Below, one piece after another: positions 40,727-53,590 of a stretch of 64,000 bases of DNA. Where the stretch lies: NCBI GenBank assembly GCA_964016885.1, contig OZ024741.1, positions 304,792,001 to 304,856,000 on the forward strand, written 5' to 3'. Positions within the stretch are counted from its first letter, which is position 1, and each line of letters opens with the position of its first letter. This stretch comes from Eledone cirrhosa. Its lineage: Eukaryota. The translations under genes were made by a program, and so were the position numbers. The notes below the pieces were generated by a model. The model made no database searches, was not told the DNA's origin, and saw only the letters and a program-made list of their open reading frames with translations.

Positions 40727-40824
40727 GTATCTGATAAGACTTTGAATAGTTTGGTTTCAAGATGTAAAAAGCTGAATAAATTGGATGTGTCGTGGTGTAA
40801 TGTAACAGACTTAAGCCTGAAAGG
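40727..40824 (+). CDS. FBXL4: FBXL4 exon (LRR)
   Basis: VSDKTLNSLVSRCKKLNKLDVSWCNVTDLSLKG; phase 0 to 2. Confidence 0.9.
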
Positions 40825-42338
40825 GTATGTTTTACCATTTGACATGTGGTCTTTTTTTTTCATTGATTTTAACTGTAATGTAGCTTGGAGGTTATAAGTT
40901 TGTATCCATTGAGGCCATAAAAAATATAACTTCCGAATTCTTTTAACTTCTATTACTTTATTTCTTATGAAATACTCAGTATTTGAATTAGTTACTGAAG
41001 TTATCAATTATTTCATTAAGATATTTCTCTCATAACTTAACAAAAGGTAAAAAATTGAACTTAAAAAGGAATCCTTTAAAATTAGTGAAGGCTCATGGCC
41101 TAATGATTGTGTTCAACTTATGATCATAATGTCATGGTTTTGATTCTTAAACCAGGCTGCATGTTGTGTTCTTGAGTAACACACTTCATTTCATGTTGCT
41201 CCAGTCCACTTAGCTAAAAACAAATACCAGGAGTAGCTGGGGGTTGACCCTGCGATGGATTTGTCTCTTGTCTAGTGGGGAGTCTTATACTCTTAGTCAC
41301 ATGATGCCAATGAAACTAGGATAAACACCAGCCTGATGAACCACTGGACTTGGGATAGACTTTAACTTATGATAGGTGGTTTTGTTTCATAGTACTTTGG
41401 ATTGTTTAGAGCAAGTTAGTATAAAAAGGGTTAACTAACATAATATTTACCACATTCATTAATCAGGTTTAACCATAATCATTTTAATTTTTCAACAGTT
41501 TCTTCATTATTTTTTGTTAGAATTAACTATTTGTTTTTATAATTGTATATGCAAATGTTTAGAGATTACAATAATTTTCTTAAGTTGCTTTTTAACTTAT
41601 ACCAGACCAATTATAATGCACTTGGGTATTACTCTTTTACTTATTGAAGTCAGTAGACTGTGACCAAGCTTGGGCACCACTTTGATTTAGTCATGCATAT
41701 TGACTCCAGTATTTTTTCAAGTCTAGCACTTATTTTATGAATCTCTTTTTGTCAGACTGCTAATTTAAAGGATATAGATGTAAACATACACATACATGTA
41801 TACATTACATCTAATAAATTCCCTTCACAAAGCAGTCAGCTCAAGGCTATATATAGAAGGTTCTACTTGCCTAAGGTGGTGTAGTTGGACTGAACCCAGA
41901 ACCAACTGATTGTGAAACAAGCTCTTTAACCACTCAGAATCTAAAGATTATATAACTTTTTTGTTGCTCAACTTTACACCCATATTACAATAGTGATAAT
42001 GGAATCTCTACTTCAGTAATGTATGCTTATGTAAACCCATCACAGAAGCAAAAATGTTTAAAGATCTATTCAGACTGAATGCCATAGTTCAGCTGATGAA
42101 ACATTTTGAACAATAACTTTTCCTTAACTAGAAACCCCAGTCTCACTGACTGATAACAACTACTCTTCTTATTTTACCATTGAGTGTCTAACTCTTAACA
42201 TCATTAAAAAATTTAGCAGCAACTATCTAAAAATGAGTTCATTAATTCAAGTGGTGCCAGATTTAATGTAGTCTATTTAAACAACTATACAATATATGCA
42301 TCTGTTATCAAAATTCTTGTTATTCAGTGATTCCATAT

Positions 42339-43632
42339 TAACTCTTAACCTCTTGCGATGGCTTAGCATAAAATATCTAAAACTGAGTTTCTTAATTCAA
42401 ATGTTTATAGCTTTATTATGTTTATTATGGACAGATCATTATGAAGATTTGCAATAAACTAAAGAATTTAATTTTTAATGTGATGTAGTCATATACTTTT
42501 CTAGAATGTGGTATCATGTGGTATGGGATGTTAAGAGTTAATGCTAAAGAGGGTGCCTGTATATAAAAACAAAACTGCCTGAATAGTATGCAAATGTCCA
42601 GATTTGTTTTAAAGCTAGACTTGAAAAAGTGATGTAAAATAATATCTGGTAAATCTATTTAAATTTAAGTTTTAAAAAATACTAAACTTGAATAACCTCA
42701 AATAAATACTACTATTACTATATATTAACTCTTAACATCCTGCAATGATTTAGCAGAAAATATGAAAAAATGGAGTTTGTTAATTAAAATATTTATAGTA
42801 TTCTTATTAGTGGATAGATTGTTGTGAAAATGAGTCATACTAGAGTGAAGACTTTATTTTTAATGATACAATGACAGTGCTGTTATGTTCTTTTCAAGAA
42901 GAATCTCTTGTTAATGCAGTTTCATGTAGTACAGAGTGTTAAGAGTTAAATTGACATATGTTAGCAAATATACTTTACGAGTTTTAAAGTCTTTTGGTAT
43001 AGGCATTTTGAATTAATGCCTAAATTTAACAAACATGTCCAACAATTGAACAATTGCGATTTCAACTTCTTTTGAACTACTGCCAGATTTAGTGTAGTCC
43101 ATGTAAACAACTATACTAATATATACATCTATTCTCAAATCTTAGTTTTTATTCAATGATACTGTATTAACTCTTAACATCATGTAATTCTTAACCTGTT
43201 GACTGCTTCATATATGTTACACAGCTACAGTTGCTGTGCCTGGGTTTATTTTCAGTAAAATGACTATTTTGATTGACAAACATCACATCAATAAACTAGT
43301 AACCCCATCTAACTTTGAAGTTATGAACTATTGGATACAAGTTCAAACATGTTAGGACGAGTTATCTTGTCTGTGGCACTGGAATGAATACATGTTAGGA
43401 CGAGTGATCTTGTCTATGGCACTGAAGAGGTTAAGCAGAAAATATCTAAAAATGAGTTTGTTCATTCAAATATTCATAGTATCTTTACTAGTGGACAGAT
43501 CACAGTGAAAATCTGTAATAGTAGAGTAAGGACTTAAATTTTTAATGTGATACAGTCCTGGTTATATTTTATACTTTTTCAAGAATCTCTGTGTTAATGA
43601 GGTTTTAAGCAGTACAAGACGTTAAGAGTTAG
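42339..43632. mobile_element. Cluster of TTAA-flanked MITEs (42339-42541, 42725-42949, 43167-43632, the last with a nested TTAA element 43190-43434)
   Basis: TTAACTCTTAAC ... GTTAAGAGTTA(A) termini; other copies near 9785, 12491, 32205, 35091-35582, 44680-44880. Confidence 0.75.
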
Positions 43633-43700
43633 TATACCTATTAATTAACTCACTTTATATGATGATAACTGTAAATTTCATTAAAATTTCTTTCTTGCAG

Positions 43701-43810
43701 ACTTCTTGTAGCGTCTAATACCAACCTAATATGTTTACGATTAGCATGCTGTACTTCAATAACTGTGACATCTCTGCAAATACTTGTCAAATCATCTCCA
43801 AATTTGGAAG
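43701..43810 (+). CDS. FBXL4: FBXL4 exon (LRR)
   Basis: LLVASNTNLICLRLACCTSITVTSLQILVKSSPNLE; TTGCAG/GTAAGC, phase 2 to 1. Confidence 0.92.
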
Positions 43811-43890
43811 GTAAGCATTGTTTTCATATCTGTATTTATGTATGGACCCATAACTCCTGATGGAGTGGTACAGGCATCATAATAACTTGG

Positions 43891-44220
43891 CATCATCATC
43901 ATTTCATTTTACATCCGCTATTTCCCTGCTTGCAAGGGTGGGACGGGAACTGATTCTGGCTTGATTTTTACAGCTGGATGCCCTTCCTAACACCATCCTC
44001 ATTTACAGTGAGTGCTGGGTGCTTTTTTGCCGTGGCACCTCCACGACCACTTTGCAGTGGAATGATAGGGACCCCAGTCCCTATCATCTCATTTCTACAG
44101 CTGAGTAAACTGGAGCAATGTGAAATAAAGTGTCTTGCTCAAGGAAACAACACATCACCCGGTCTGAGAATTGAACTCACAGCCTTTCGATTGCAAGCCC
44201 AATGCTCTAACCACTAAGCA
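43891..44220 (-). mobile_element. tRNA-derived SINE with RTE-derived 3' tail, nested in an older SINE; second copy 60836-61158
   Basis: Minus-strand head GCTTAGTGGTTAGAGC..GTGAGTTCAATTCTC (A/B boxes); tail CCCGTCCCACCCTTGCAAGCAGGGAAA..GTAAAATGA matches the RTE family 2 end at 45614-45666. Confidence 0.85.
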
Positions 44221-45134
44221 TGTCTTGGGCATTTTAAACCTGGTAGAGCCCATCCCCTCTCCAGGTCTTAACATAGCTGATTTCTTCCAGAAAAGGAGAG
44301 AAAGACAGTGTGATAGAGTGGAAGTGAGAAAGAGATATAGAGTTAGAATTGACCTCAGTACTAGACTGGTACTTTTTTTTATCGACTTGAAAGGATGAAA
44401 GGCAAAGTTTACCTCAACAAGTTTTGAATTCAGAGCATAGAGAACCAGAACAAATACCATCCGATGGCCGAATCACTGCCAATTTACCACCTCATTTTCA
44501 TATAATTATATACCTAATTATATACCTAAAATCAGGTATGAAGTTATAATGTTATAGATTAAAACAAAATGGTTATGTAGATATAGTAATGGAATACCAA
44601 TTCAAAGTTCTTGGATACCAATCTAATACAGACATCTCATTTTATATTTGGGTAGTATGTTTAATTCTACACATTTTGGTTAACATCCTGTACTACATGA
44701 AACTGCATTAGTAAGACAGCCTTCAAAAATACAAAACAGCACTACAACTGCATCACATTAAAAATTAATGTCTTTATTTTTATTTACTGCAAATTTTCCC
44801 AATGATGTGTCCATTATAAACATTTGAATTAACATACCTGCTTTTAGATGCTAAATCATTACAGGATGTTGAGAGTTAATCTGCATGTATCTGATCCTCA
44901 ACAAATGTTTCCTAAGATACGAGAAACCAAGCCTAAATCAGTCTTGTATGAGTAAGACATTGTCATCTAATCTGGCTTGTCTCACAACAGGACAACTCAT
45001 CTAACCCATGCTAGCTTGGAAAATGGATGTTAAACAGTGATGATGTATGTGTGTGTGATTTTGTGTGCACAATCTTCAACTCCTACTTTATTTAATGTGT
45101 ATATTGAGCAGTCATTTTTCCCCTTTATCTCTAG

Positions 45135-45264
45135 AGTTAGATTTACACAGTTGCTCAGGAATCCAATGCAATGAATTTGAATATATTTGTCGACTTCAGC
45201 ATCTTGAGAATCTCAACTTATATAGTACAACTATCACAAGTCCTGCAATACTACAAATACTGAA
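45135..45264 (+). CDS. FBXL4: FBXL4 exon (LRR); last exon found in window
   Basis: ELDLHSCSGIQCNEFEYICRLQHLENLNLYSTTITSPAILQILK; phase 1 to 2, donor GTAAGC. Confidence 0.92.
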
Positions 45265-45613
45265 GTAAGCATTTAAAGTTTTCATTTTCAATTTAAAGTG
45301 AATGAGCTCACATGTTGTGCAGAGGCAAGTTTTCAAAAACTACCCAATCCATCCTGTAATATGGGTCATGCTGGTACTACGATAAAAAAACACCCAGTGT
45401 ATCCTTTTTTATCCATCTCGAAATGATGAAAAGCAAAGTTGACCTCAGCAAGATTTGAACTCATAGCACAGAGAGCCAGAACAAATAGCACAAAGCATTC
45501 TATCTGATGTTTAAATGACTCTGCCAATTTTCCACCTTATGGGGGCATATGCAATATGTTTATATGTAATAAACATATATATGTCTTGTGATTATTTTTG
45601 ATTGATATATATA

Positions 45614-48147
45614 TCATCATCATCATTTTACGTCTGCTTTTCCCTGCTTGCAAGGGTGGGACGGGTCTTATTAAGCATGGCATCTCTCCATTTGTCATGG
45701 TCCTTTGTCATCTCCTCCGTGAGCTTCAGCAATCAGAGGTCTGCTCTCACCACCTTCGCCCATGTTTTTCGTGGTCATCCTTCTACTGGGATTTCTTGAC
45801 ACTTCTTTACCCAGCAGTCATCCTCCATGCGCATCACATGTCCATACCAACGCAGTCTTCTCTTTCGCAGAGTTTCTCTCTCAACTCGTCTATGCTTGGT
45901 CGTTCACACACATTGACATTGTACATCCAACGGAGCATGCTTGCTTCATTTCTCTCCAGCCGTTGCATATCTTCCACAGTTGCTGCTCATGTCTCACTAC
46001 CATGCAGCATCGCACATCTCACACAGGCATCATATAACTGGCCTTTCATTCATAGGGAGAAACCCTTCTTTGTCAACAAAGGAAGCAGCTCCCTAAACTT
46101 CTTCCAACCCATCCTTTTTCTGGATACTATGGCCTTGAAGCACTCTCCTCCCTTACTAATCTGATCACCTAGGTATCAAAAGCTATCAACCACCCCTATA
46201 GGTCCTACCCACATTTGAAAAATGTGTCTATCACTGCGACTTCTGTCAAATTTCCCTGTACATCTACTGCATATATAGTTTTCCCTACCTGTTAGCTTGC
46301 CTACTATCCCACTACATCTCTTGTGTACCTAAGATCTGCATTGTGTACATTTTATAGAATTTATGCCAACTCCTTTCCTACATATCGAACATGGTCATTT
46401 CCCTGATGGAATCAGATTTTTGTCCTCTTTCCGACTTATCAATACCTTTGTCTTAGCTAGGTTTACTCTCAGTCCTCTTGATTCCAGCTGCTGTTTCCAT
46501 AGCTAGAATTTATTCTCTAGCTCCTCTACTGATTCTGCTATAAGTACCAGATCGTCAGCATAGAGAAGTTCCCATGGGCAGCCAATCTTAAACTGTTTTG
46601 TTATTCTTGGAGAACTATAATGAACAAGAGTAGGCTGAGGACTGAACCCTGATGTACTCCTAGTTGTATCTGGAATTCCTCACTAAACTCCGTTCCTACT
46701 CTCACTTTATTGACAGCACCTCTGTACATAGCTTGCACTGTTCCTCACAAGCCATTCCTCTAGACCTAGTTTCCTTAGGGACCATCAGATGACAGATCGG
46801 GGTACCCTATGAAAGGCCTTCTCTAGGTCAACACAAGTTAAATACAGTGGCTTATTCTTCTCTAAGAAGACTCTTGTAGTTGTCTCACTAAGAAGAGGGC
46901 ATCTGTTGTACTTTTCCTAGACACAAAACCAAACTGCATGTCATCTAATTTGACCCTTTCTCTAATTAGTTGCGCTAGTGTTCTTTCTGCCACTTTCATA
47001 ACTTGATCCATGAGTTTTATACCTCTATAATTGCTCCTCTCCAGAGCATCCCCTTTATCTTTGTAGCAATTTATAAGAATATTGCTGCACCAGTCTTTGG
47101 ATATGACTCTGCCATATATAGCTTGGTTGACGATGCGTACAACCAGTTTAGATCTTACTTCTCCTGATGCCTTCAGCATCTCAACAACTATCCCTGATGG
47201 CCCAGTGGCCTCACTATTTTTCAGTTCCTTAATTGCCTCTTGGACCCTATATTCATCAATCTCAATAGCTGGTCCCGCTGTTGGGTCTACCAGGGGTAGT
47301 TTCTCTCTCTCCCATTCGTTCTCAACATTCATCAGTCTCTCATAATGACATTTCCAGGCCTCCTTTTTGTGAACATCAGTGACACTAAGTACACCTGCAT
47401 CATTTCAGACACACTTATTTCCAACAACATCTTGATTTACACTGACACACTGCTTTGCAATGCGGAACACTGCCCGTCTCTGATTTTCTCGTCGCAGAAC
47501 ATTGGCAAACCTCCTACTCTCAGCTTCCCTGCGTGCTAAGTACACCTGACGTCTAGCTTCTCTTTTAGCGGATGTGTACCGGTCTCTACTCCCACCATTT
47601 TTCCAATCCTTCCATGCTAGTCTTTTGTCTCTAATGGTCCTATCTACTGTACTGTTCCACCACCAGGTCACACTCTGACTGGTCGGAGCTCTGCTCCAGC
47701 CACAAGTTTCTTCAGTAGCCTGAAGTAAGTTGTCACATAAGAAATTCCAGTTATCATCTATGTCATATGACTCTAAATCATCTTCTTTTTCGTCATACAC
47801 ATCTTGAAGGGCTTTCCTAAATTTATATTTTAGTGAAAGGTCTTTTAGCTTCCAGATCTTTCTTTTCCACACCTTCCTGTATGTCTCATTTTGTCTCTTG
47901 CTTATTGAGATGTCACTAACGACTAACCTATGCTGGGGGGTACATTCTTCCCCAGGATATGCCTTAGTATTTGACACCATCTATCTATCTCGTTGCCTAA
48001 CTAGCAAGAAGTCAATCTGGCTTATGTGCTCACCTGATTGGTAGGTTGTTAGGTGGTTGGTAGGTTTCTTGAAGTTAGTGTTGCAAATGGTTAGTGCACT
48101 TGCATCACAAAATTCAAGAAGCCTCACTCCTTCTTCGTTTCTTGATC
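45614..48147 (-). mobile_element. RTE LINE family 2, 5'-truncated inside the APE domain, multiple lesions
   Basis: ORFs 47405-47980 and 46862-47332 (QHRLVVSD, TWWWN, NYRGIKL, MQFGF); Cys-rich WPCSIC module ~46260-46400; short 3' UTR. Confidence 0.93.
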
Positions 48148-48289
48148 TCTATATATATATATATATATAGGCATTATAGTAGCTCTGCAACCTCCTCTTT
48201 TATCATCTGCCTTCTGACCCCACTCCTCTCTACCACCAACAGGTTTCCTCTACTCTACAAAATACAAAACTAGGGGAAAAGAGCTAAAT

Positions 48290-50879
48290 GTTATCATAGA
48301 GTAACTGAAGCAATGCATTGTAGCAAAAAATGCAAAGATTAGGCGGTATTAGAACAGAGTTAGTCAGTATAGACAGAACCACATGTTTGACAACAACCAG
48401 AAGATGTTGTTTGAACAGCTTGAAGAGAAAGAAAGAGGTAATGATGTGATTCCTGAGGCTGAACAGACTAAGACATTCTGGAGAGGAATATGGGTGCAGG
48501 ATGTTGAACATAATAGTCAGGCAGTGTGGATTAAGACAGTTCAAAAGGAGATTAGTGAACAAGCACACCAACGACCTGATTTGAGTATCACAGCTGAAAC
48601 TCTTAAAGGGCAGGCCAAAAACTAACCAACTGGAAATCACCAAGCCCAGATGGTGTGCAAGGATATTGGATAAAAAATAGAACATCCCTCCACCCAAAAC
48701 TGACAGCCATGTTCAATGACTGCTTGATGTCGGGTGAAGTACCAAAGTGGTTGACAAAAGGTACCACAGTTCTGGTAATGAAAGACCGAATCAAGGATAA
48801 TGAGGTTACCAACTATAGGCTTATCACATGTCTGTCAGTAATGTGGAAACTGTTAATAAGCATTGTGTCTGAGGACATCTACTACCACCTCCACATAAAC
48901 AACTTGTTACTGGATGAACAGAAAGGATGCCGAAGAAGTCCCATGGTACAAAAGACCAGTTACTTATTGATAAGATGGTAATGAGGAATTGCAAGAGGAG
49001 GCATATTGGTCTTGCCATGGGATACTCTTTTACTCTTTTACCTGTTTCAGCCATCCGGCTGAGGCCATGCTGATGGATAGATTACAAAAAGGCATTCGAC
49101 ATGGTACCTCATTCTTGGATAACCAAAAGCCTAAAGATCTTCAAGGTAGCAGACAACATCAGACAGCTATTAAGTAAAAGTATGAAGTCCTGGGAAACAG
49201 AGCTAACATCAGATGGAGAATCCTTGGGAGGCGTGAAGATCAAGAGAGGTATCTTCCAAGGAGATAGTTTGTACCCTTTGCTGTTCGTTCTTACCCTCAT
49301 ACCCTTGTCCTATATATTACGAAAAGTGAGAGCAGGATACAAGCTGGGAAGAGGAGAGCTTACCATCAACCACCTCCTATTCATGGACGATCTTAAACTC
49401 TTTGGGAAGAGTGAGAAGGAGTTGGATGTACTTGTTGACCCTGTCCGTATTTTCAGCAATAATATATGTATGGAATTTGGTGTTAATAAGTGTGGAGTCC
49501 TAATGATGAAGAAGGATAAATTGAGCAGAAGCAACGGAATCCAGGTACCAACAGGTGAGATGATAAAGGAAATTGACACTGAAGAGGGATACAAATATTT
49601 AGTTGTTCTGGAGGCAGATGACATCAAGAACAAAAAAATGAAGGAATTGATAAGATCTGAATACATAAGGAGAGTAAGGAACATACTAAAATCACATCTA
49701 AATAGTAGGAATCATAAGTGCAGTATATTCCCGAGCTGTGTCTATTATTAGGTACAGTGCGGGAATTCTGAAATGGAATGTTACCGAACAAAAAGAAATG
49801 AATAGAAAGACTAGGAAGCTAATGACTATCTACAACATGTTTCACAAGAGGAGTGATGTTGATAGACTCTACTTAAAGAGATCTGAAGGTGGAAGAGGTC
49901 TTATCAGCATAGAGGACTGTGTTCAGATGGAGAAAAACAGTCTGCACAAATATGTAGGTGACAGTAGGGAGCCAATGCTCAAAATTGTACTGAAGGAGAA
50001 GACAATAGACCAGGGGATGTCCAAGGAAGAAATAACAGCAGGGAGGAGGAGCAACCTTCATGAAAAATCCCTTCATAGCTCCTTCTTTAAGAAAACAGAA
50101 TTCAGAGATCCACAGACATGGAACTGGTTAAAAAGTGACCTTAAAAAATCTACAGAAGGAATGCTAATGGCTGCACAAGAGCAAGCCCTCAGAACGAAGT
50201 AGGTGAAACACTATATTGACAAGGAGGAGGCCAGCTCACTGTGTAGGATCTGTGGAGAGAGAGAGGAGACTGTGGCTCACATTGTATCTGAGTGTAAACA
50301 CCTAGCCCAGACTCACTATAAAGGCTGGAGACATGATATGATAGGAAAGGTGATTCACTGGCACCTATGCAAACTAAACAATTTACCACATTCTGAGAAG
50401 AGGTATGAGCATAAGCCAGAGTTGGTGATAGAAAACGATCAAGTGAAGGTGCTATGGGATTTTAGGATACAGACGGACAAGAAATTAGAACACAACAGGC
50501 CTGACCTAGTGGTTTTTGACAAGGAAAAAAGATTGTGCCTGATTGTAGATGTAGCCTGCCCATTTGACACGAGAATGCAAGAAAAGTAGAGGGAGAAAAT
50601 TAACCGATACCAGGATTTAAAGTGGGAGTTAAAAAGGATTTGGAACTGCCATGAGATCAAGGTGTCCCGATTGTCATAGGAGCACTAGGTACTATCTCAA
50701 GGAGTTTCCAAGGATGGTTAAAGAAGATTAGTCCAGCCCCGTTTTTTGGAACAGCAAGAACCCTCTTATACGTCCTGAATATCTGAGGCTGCAGCTAGTG
50801 GCTTGATATTCATTCCAACAAACTTTCCAGTTAAATAACATCAATGACTGAGACTGAAAGAACAGCAATAATAATAATA
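48290..50879 (+). mobile_element. R4/Dong-clade non-LTR retrotransposon (RT + CCHC + RLE), decayed
   Basis: NYRLITCL, GIFQGDSLYP, HLLFMDDLKL, RSEGGRGL, CRICGEREETVAHIVSEC, RHD, KVLWDFRIQTD, RPDLVV, IVDVACPFD; (AAT)n tail. Confidence 0.92.
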
Positions 50880-51119
50880 GTGAGTAAAATCGAAGTTGCA
50901 GCAGCAATTAGCATTTTTCAAAATCAATCTTCTGAGTTTGGCACAAAGCACTCAATGAGGAGGTATCGATAAATTATAGCTCAGAGTAATAACAATACGT
51001 TAGGGGTGTGACACAGTGACAATTGCGACTGGAGACAAGTTGCCACAAAAGCCACTACAACAACGAAAATACAAACATTTATGTATATATATATATATAT
51101 ATACATATATATATACACA

Positions 51120-51202
51120 CAGGGTGTCCCAAAAAATGTATTCTAATGAATATTGCCTGTACAGGTAATGAAAGTGTGTATACCTTTTTTGGTGACACCC
51201 TG
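51120..51202. mobile_element. Tiny Tc1/mariner-like MITE in TA repeats
   Basis: CAGGGTGTCCCAAAAAATGTAT / ATACCTTTTTTGGTGACACCCTG. Confidence 0.75.
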
Positions 51203-51478
51203 TATATATATATAATATATATATGTCTAATGGTAGCTACGATGCTTCCATAGGCGGTATGCCAGTTGAGCACTCTATGCTCTTACGGAGCAGAGTATTA
51301 TAGAATGGAAAATGAAAAGAGGATATGCTCCAAAATCAATAGACGTGTCTGAAGAACCTGTGAGTCTAGAGTCAGGTCGATCCACACACAGATTGCACCT
51401 CGAGCTGTTTGCTGGGGAAACAATTGTAACACGCAATAAATTGAGTTCCAATGCATCACTGATTTTTCGTTTTCCATT

Positions 51479-51534
<56 letters not shown>

Positions 51535-51710
51535 AAAAGAGTCAGAACCCCGATGGCGGAGCTCCTGCCGTTTTGACAGCTAGCTTCATCAGAAGAAAGA
51601 ATGAGAAATTAGAAAGATTGACGAGATGGGCAGGGTGGAATTGGAAAAAAAAGGTTTTTAGAGAAAAAGAACAGCTCCATTCATGTTGCCATATATATGT
51701 ATATATATAA

Positions 51711-52094
51711 AGCGAAACCTACAGTTAGTAGGCACCTCTTAACCAAAATACACCCCCGTCTCACAACCCCTACCCCAACCGCCATCTACACCACCCCTTT
51801 CGATGTAAAGCTATGTTGGTACCACAACATCCAGTCCTAAATAAATGCGGTCGTGTAGGTGTCACGACAAAAAAACACACAGTCCACGCTGTAATGTGGC
51901 CGTGTAGGTAACACAGTAAAAACCTCCCAGTCCACACTGTAAACGTGGTTGGTGTTAGGAAGGGCATCCAGCCGTAGAAAACCCGCCAGACAGTCCTGAG
52001 CAAGACAACCAATCTTGCCTCAAGTGGGACAATTCCTGTCCAGACCCATGCTAGCGTGGAAGATGGACGTTAAACGATGATGATGATGATGATG
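51711..52094 (+). mobile_element. RTE family 1 3' UTR copy
   Basis: Reverse complement of 56465-56850; (GAT)n tail. Confidence 0.9.
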
Positions 52095-52098
52095 TATA

Positions 52099-52369
52099 TG
52101 ATGATTTCTCACGAATGAAACAGTTCTAGTCCTGTAGAAGCTCGTCTATATTAAAACTTTTATACACTGCTATGTATTGAGTACCTTACTTATTGTGGTT
52201 ACCTCCGATTAAACCCGGAATAACTTATATATATATATATATATATATATCAAAGTGGATTCAGTAAAAACCTGTTAGACCATTACTGACCTGAATAGTG
52301 GTAATATGAAAGAGCTCAGCTGTTGCGGTCCCGACTCTTTCATATATATATATATATATATATCATCAT

Positions 52370-52427
<58 letters not shown>

Positions 52428-52553
52428 AGTTATTCCGGGTTGAATCGGAGGTAACCACACTAAGTAAGGTACTCAATATATAGCAGAGTATAAAAGTTTT
52501 AATGTATATGAGATTCTACAGGACTAGAACTGTTTCATTTTTTAGAAATCATC
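52099..52553. repeat. Inverted repeat, ~130-bp arms (52099-52228 / 52425-52553), with (TA)n-rich spacer
   Basis: GAAACAGTTCTAGTCCTGTAGAA..GTGGTTACCTCCGATT.AACCCGGAATAACTTA mirrored. Confidence 0.9.
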
Positions 52554-52561
52554 AGGAATCT
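52511..52561 (-). ncRNA. Type I hammerhead ribozyme motif (stem II degenerate)
   Basis: AGAUUC-CUGAUGA-uuucuaaaaaau-GAAA-CAG uucuaguc CUG-UA-GAAUCU: 6-bp stem I, 3-bp stem III plus the A-U pair, GUA site. Confidence 0.65.
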
Positions 52562-52989
52562 GGCTGTCCAAAATAAATGTTGTGGTATTTATATATTTTC
52601 AGGTGGTAGGAGAGGGTGGGGAGTGGGATGGGTGGAGGTCATTGGTTGAAAGAAAAGGGAATTCATTAAAAGCTAATTCTTTAAGGCTATAATTTATATT
52701 TAGGCAGAAAGAATTCTATAAACAAGTTCTAAATTGGGGTGCCACTCCTTATTTTTAAGTTTCTCTTAAGCTAACAATGCCTATATTTCAAGTGTCTATA
52801 AGATGGTTGGGGGTCGGTCATGGTTGATAGATTTAAAGAAAAGGGAAATTCTTTAAAAGCTAATTCTTTAAAGCTCTACTTAGAGTTACAAAGGCCAAGA
52901 GAATTCTATAAACCAGTTCAAATATTGGGTGCCTATCATTATTGTCATGTTTCTCTTAAGCTATATTTCAGGTGTCAACAGACAGATTC

Positions 52990-53005
52990 ACATACACACA
53001 CACAC

Positions 53006-53042
<37 letters not shown>

Positions 53043-53105
53043 TACACATATACAAACACATTTACACATATACTCATATATACACATATACATAAATACA
53101 CATAC

Positions 53106-53162
<57 letters not shown>

Positions 53163-53213
53163 TTTATATATACATACATTTATATATATATATACATTTA
53201 TATATATATATAC

Positions 53214-53256
<43 letters not shown>

Positions 53257-53363
53257 TATATACACACACACATACATACATGTATACATATATATATATA
53301 TACACATATATACAAATACATGTATATATATATACACATACACACACACATATATATATACAC

Positions 53364-53422
<59 letters not shown>

Positions 53423-53445
53423 CACACACACATACACACATACAC

Positions 53446-53476
<31 letters not shown>
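52990..53476. repeat. Compound (TA)n/(CA)n microsatellite
   Basis: Direct inspection; source of the spurious YIYI ORFs. Confidence 0.97.
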
Positions 53477-53480
<4 letters not shown>

Positions 53481-53513
53481 ATATTAACAAATGGAAACTA
53501 TATTTATAAAACC

Positions 53514-53590
53514 ATATTTATTTCATTATACATATTTCAAGGGCCACCAAAGCAAACTATGGTGCGCTTTCATCAGATAAAATATAATAT
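53514..53590 (-). ncRNA. Minimal type I hammerhead ribozyme motif
   Basis: Inverted copy of 55210-55286, with a CACCA/UGGUG helix in stem II. Confidence 0.7.

Noticed and set aside
51295-51485. Short inverted repeat enclosing CTGAAGA-ACCTG..CAGGT-CGA
   Set aside because: GAAA and stem III are absent; at best a dead ribozyme relic
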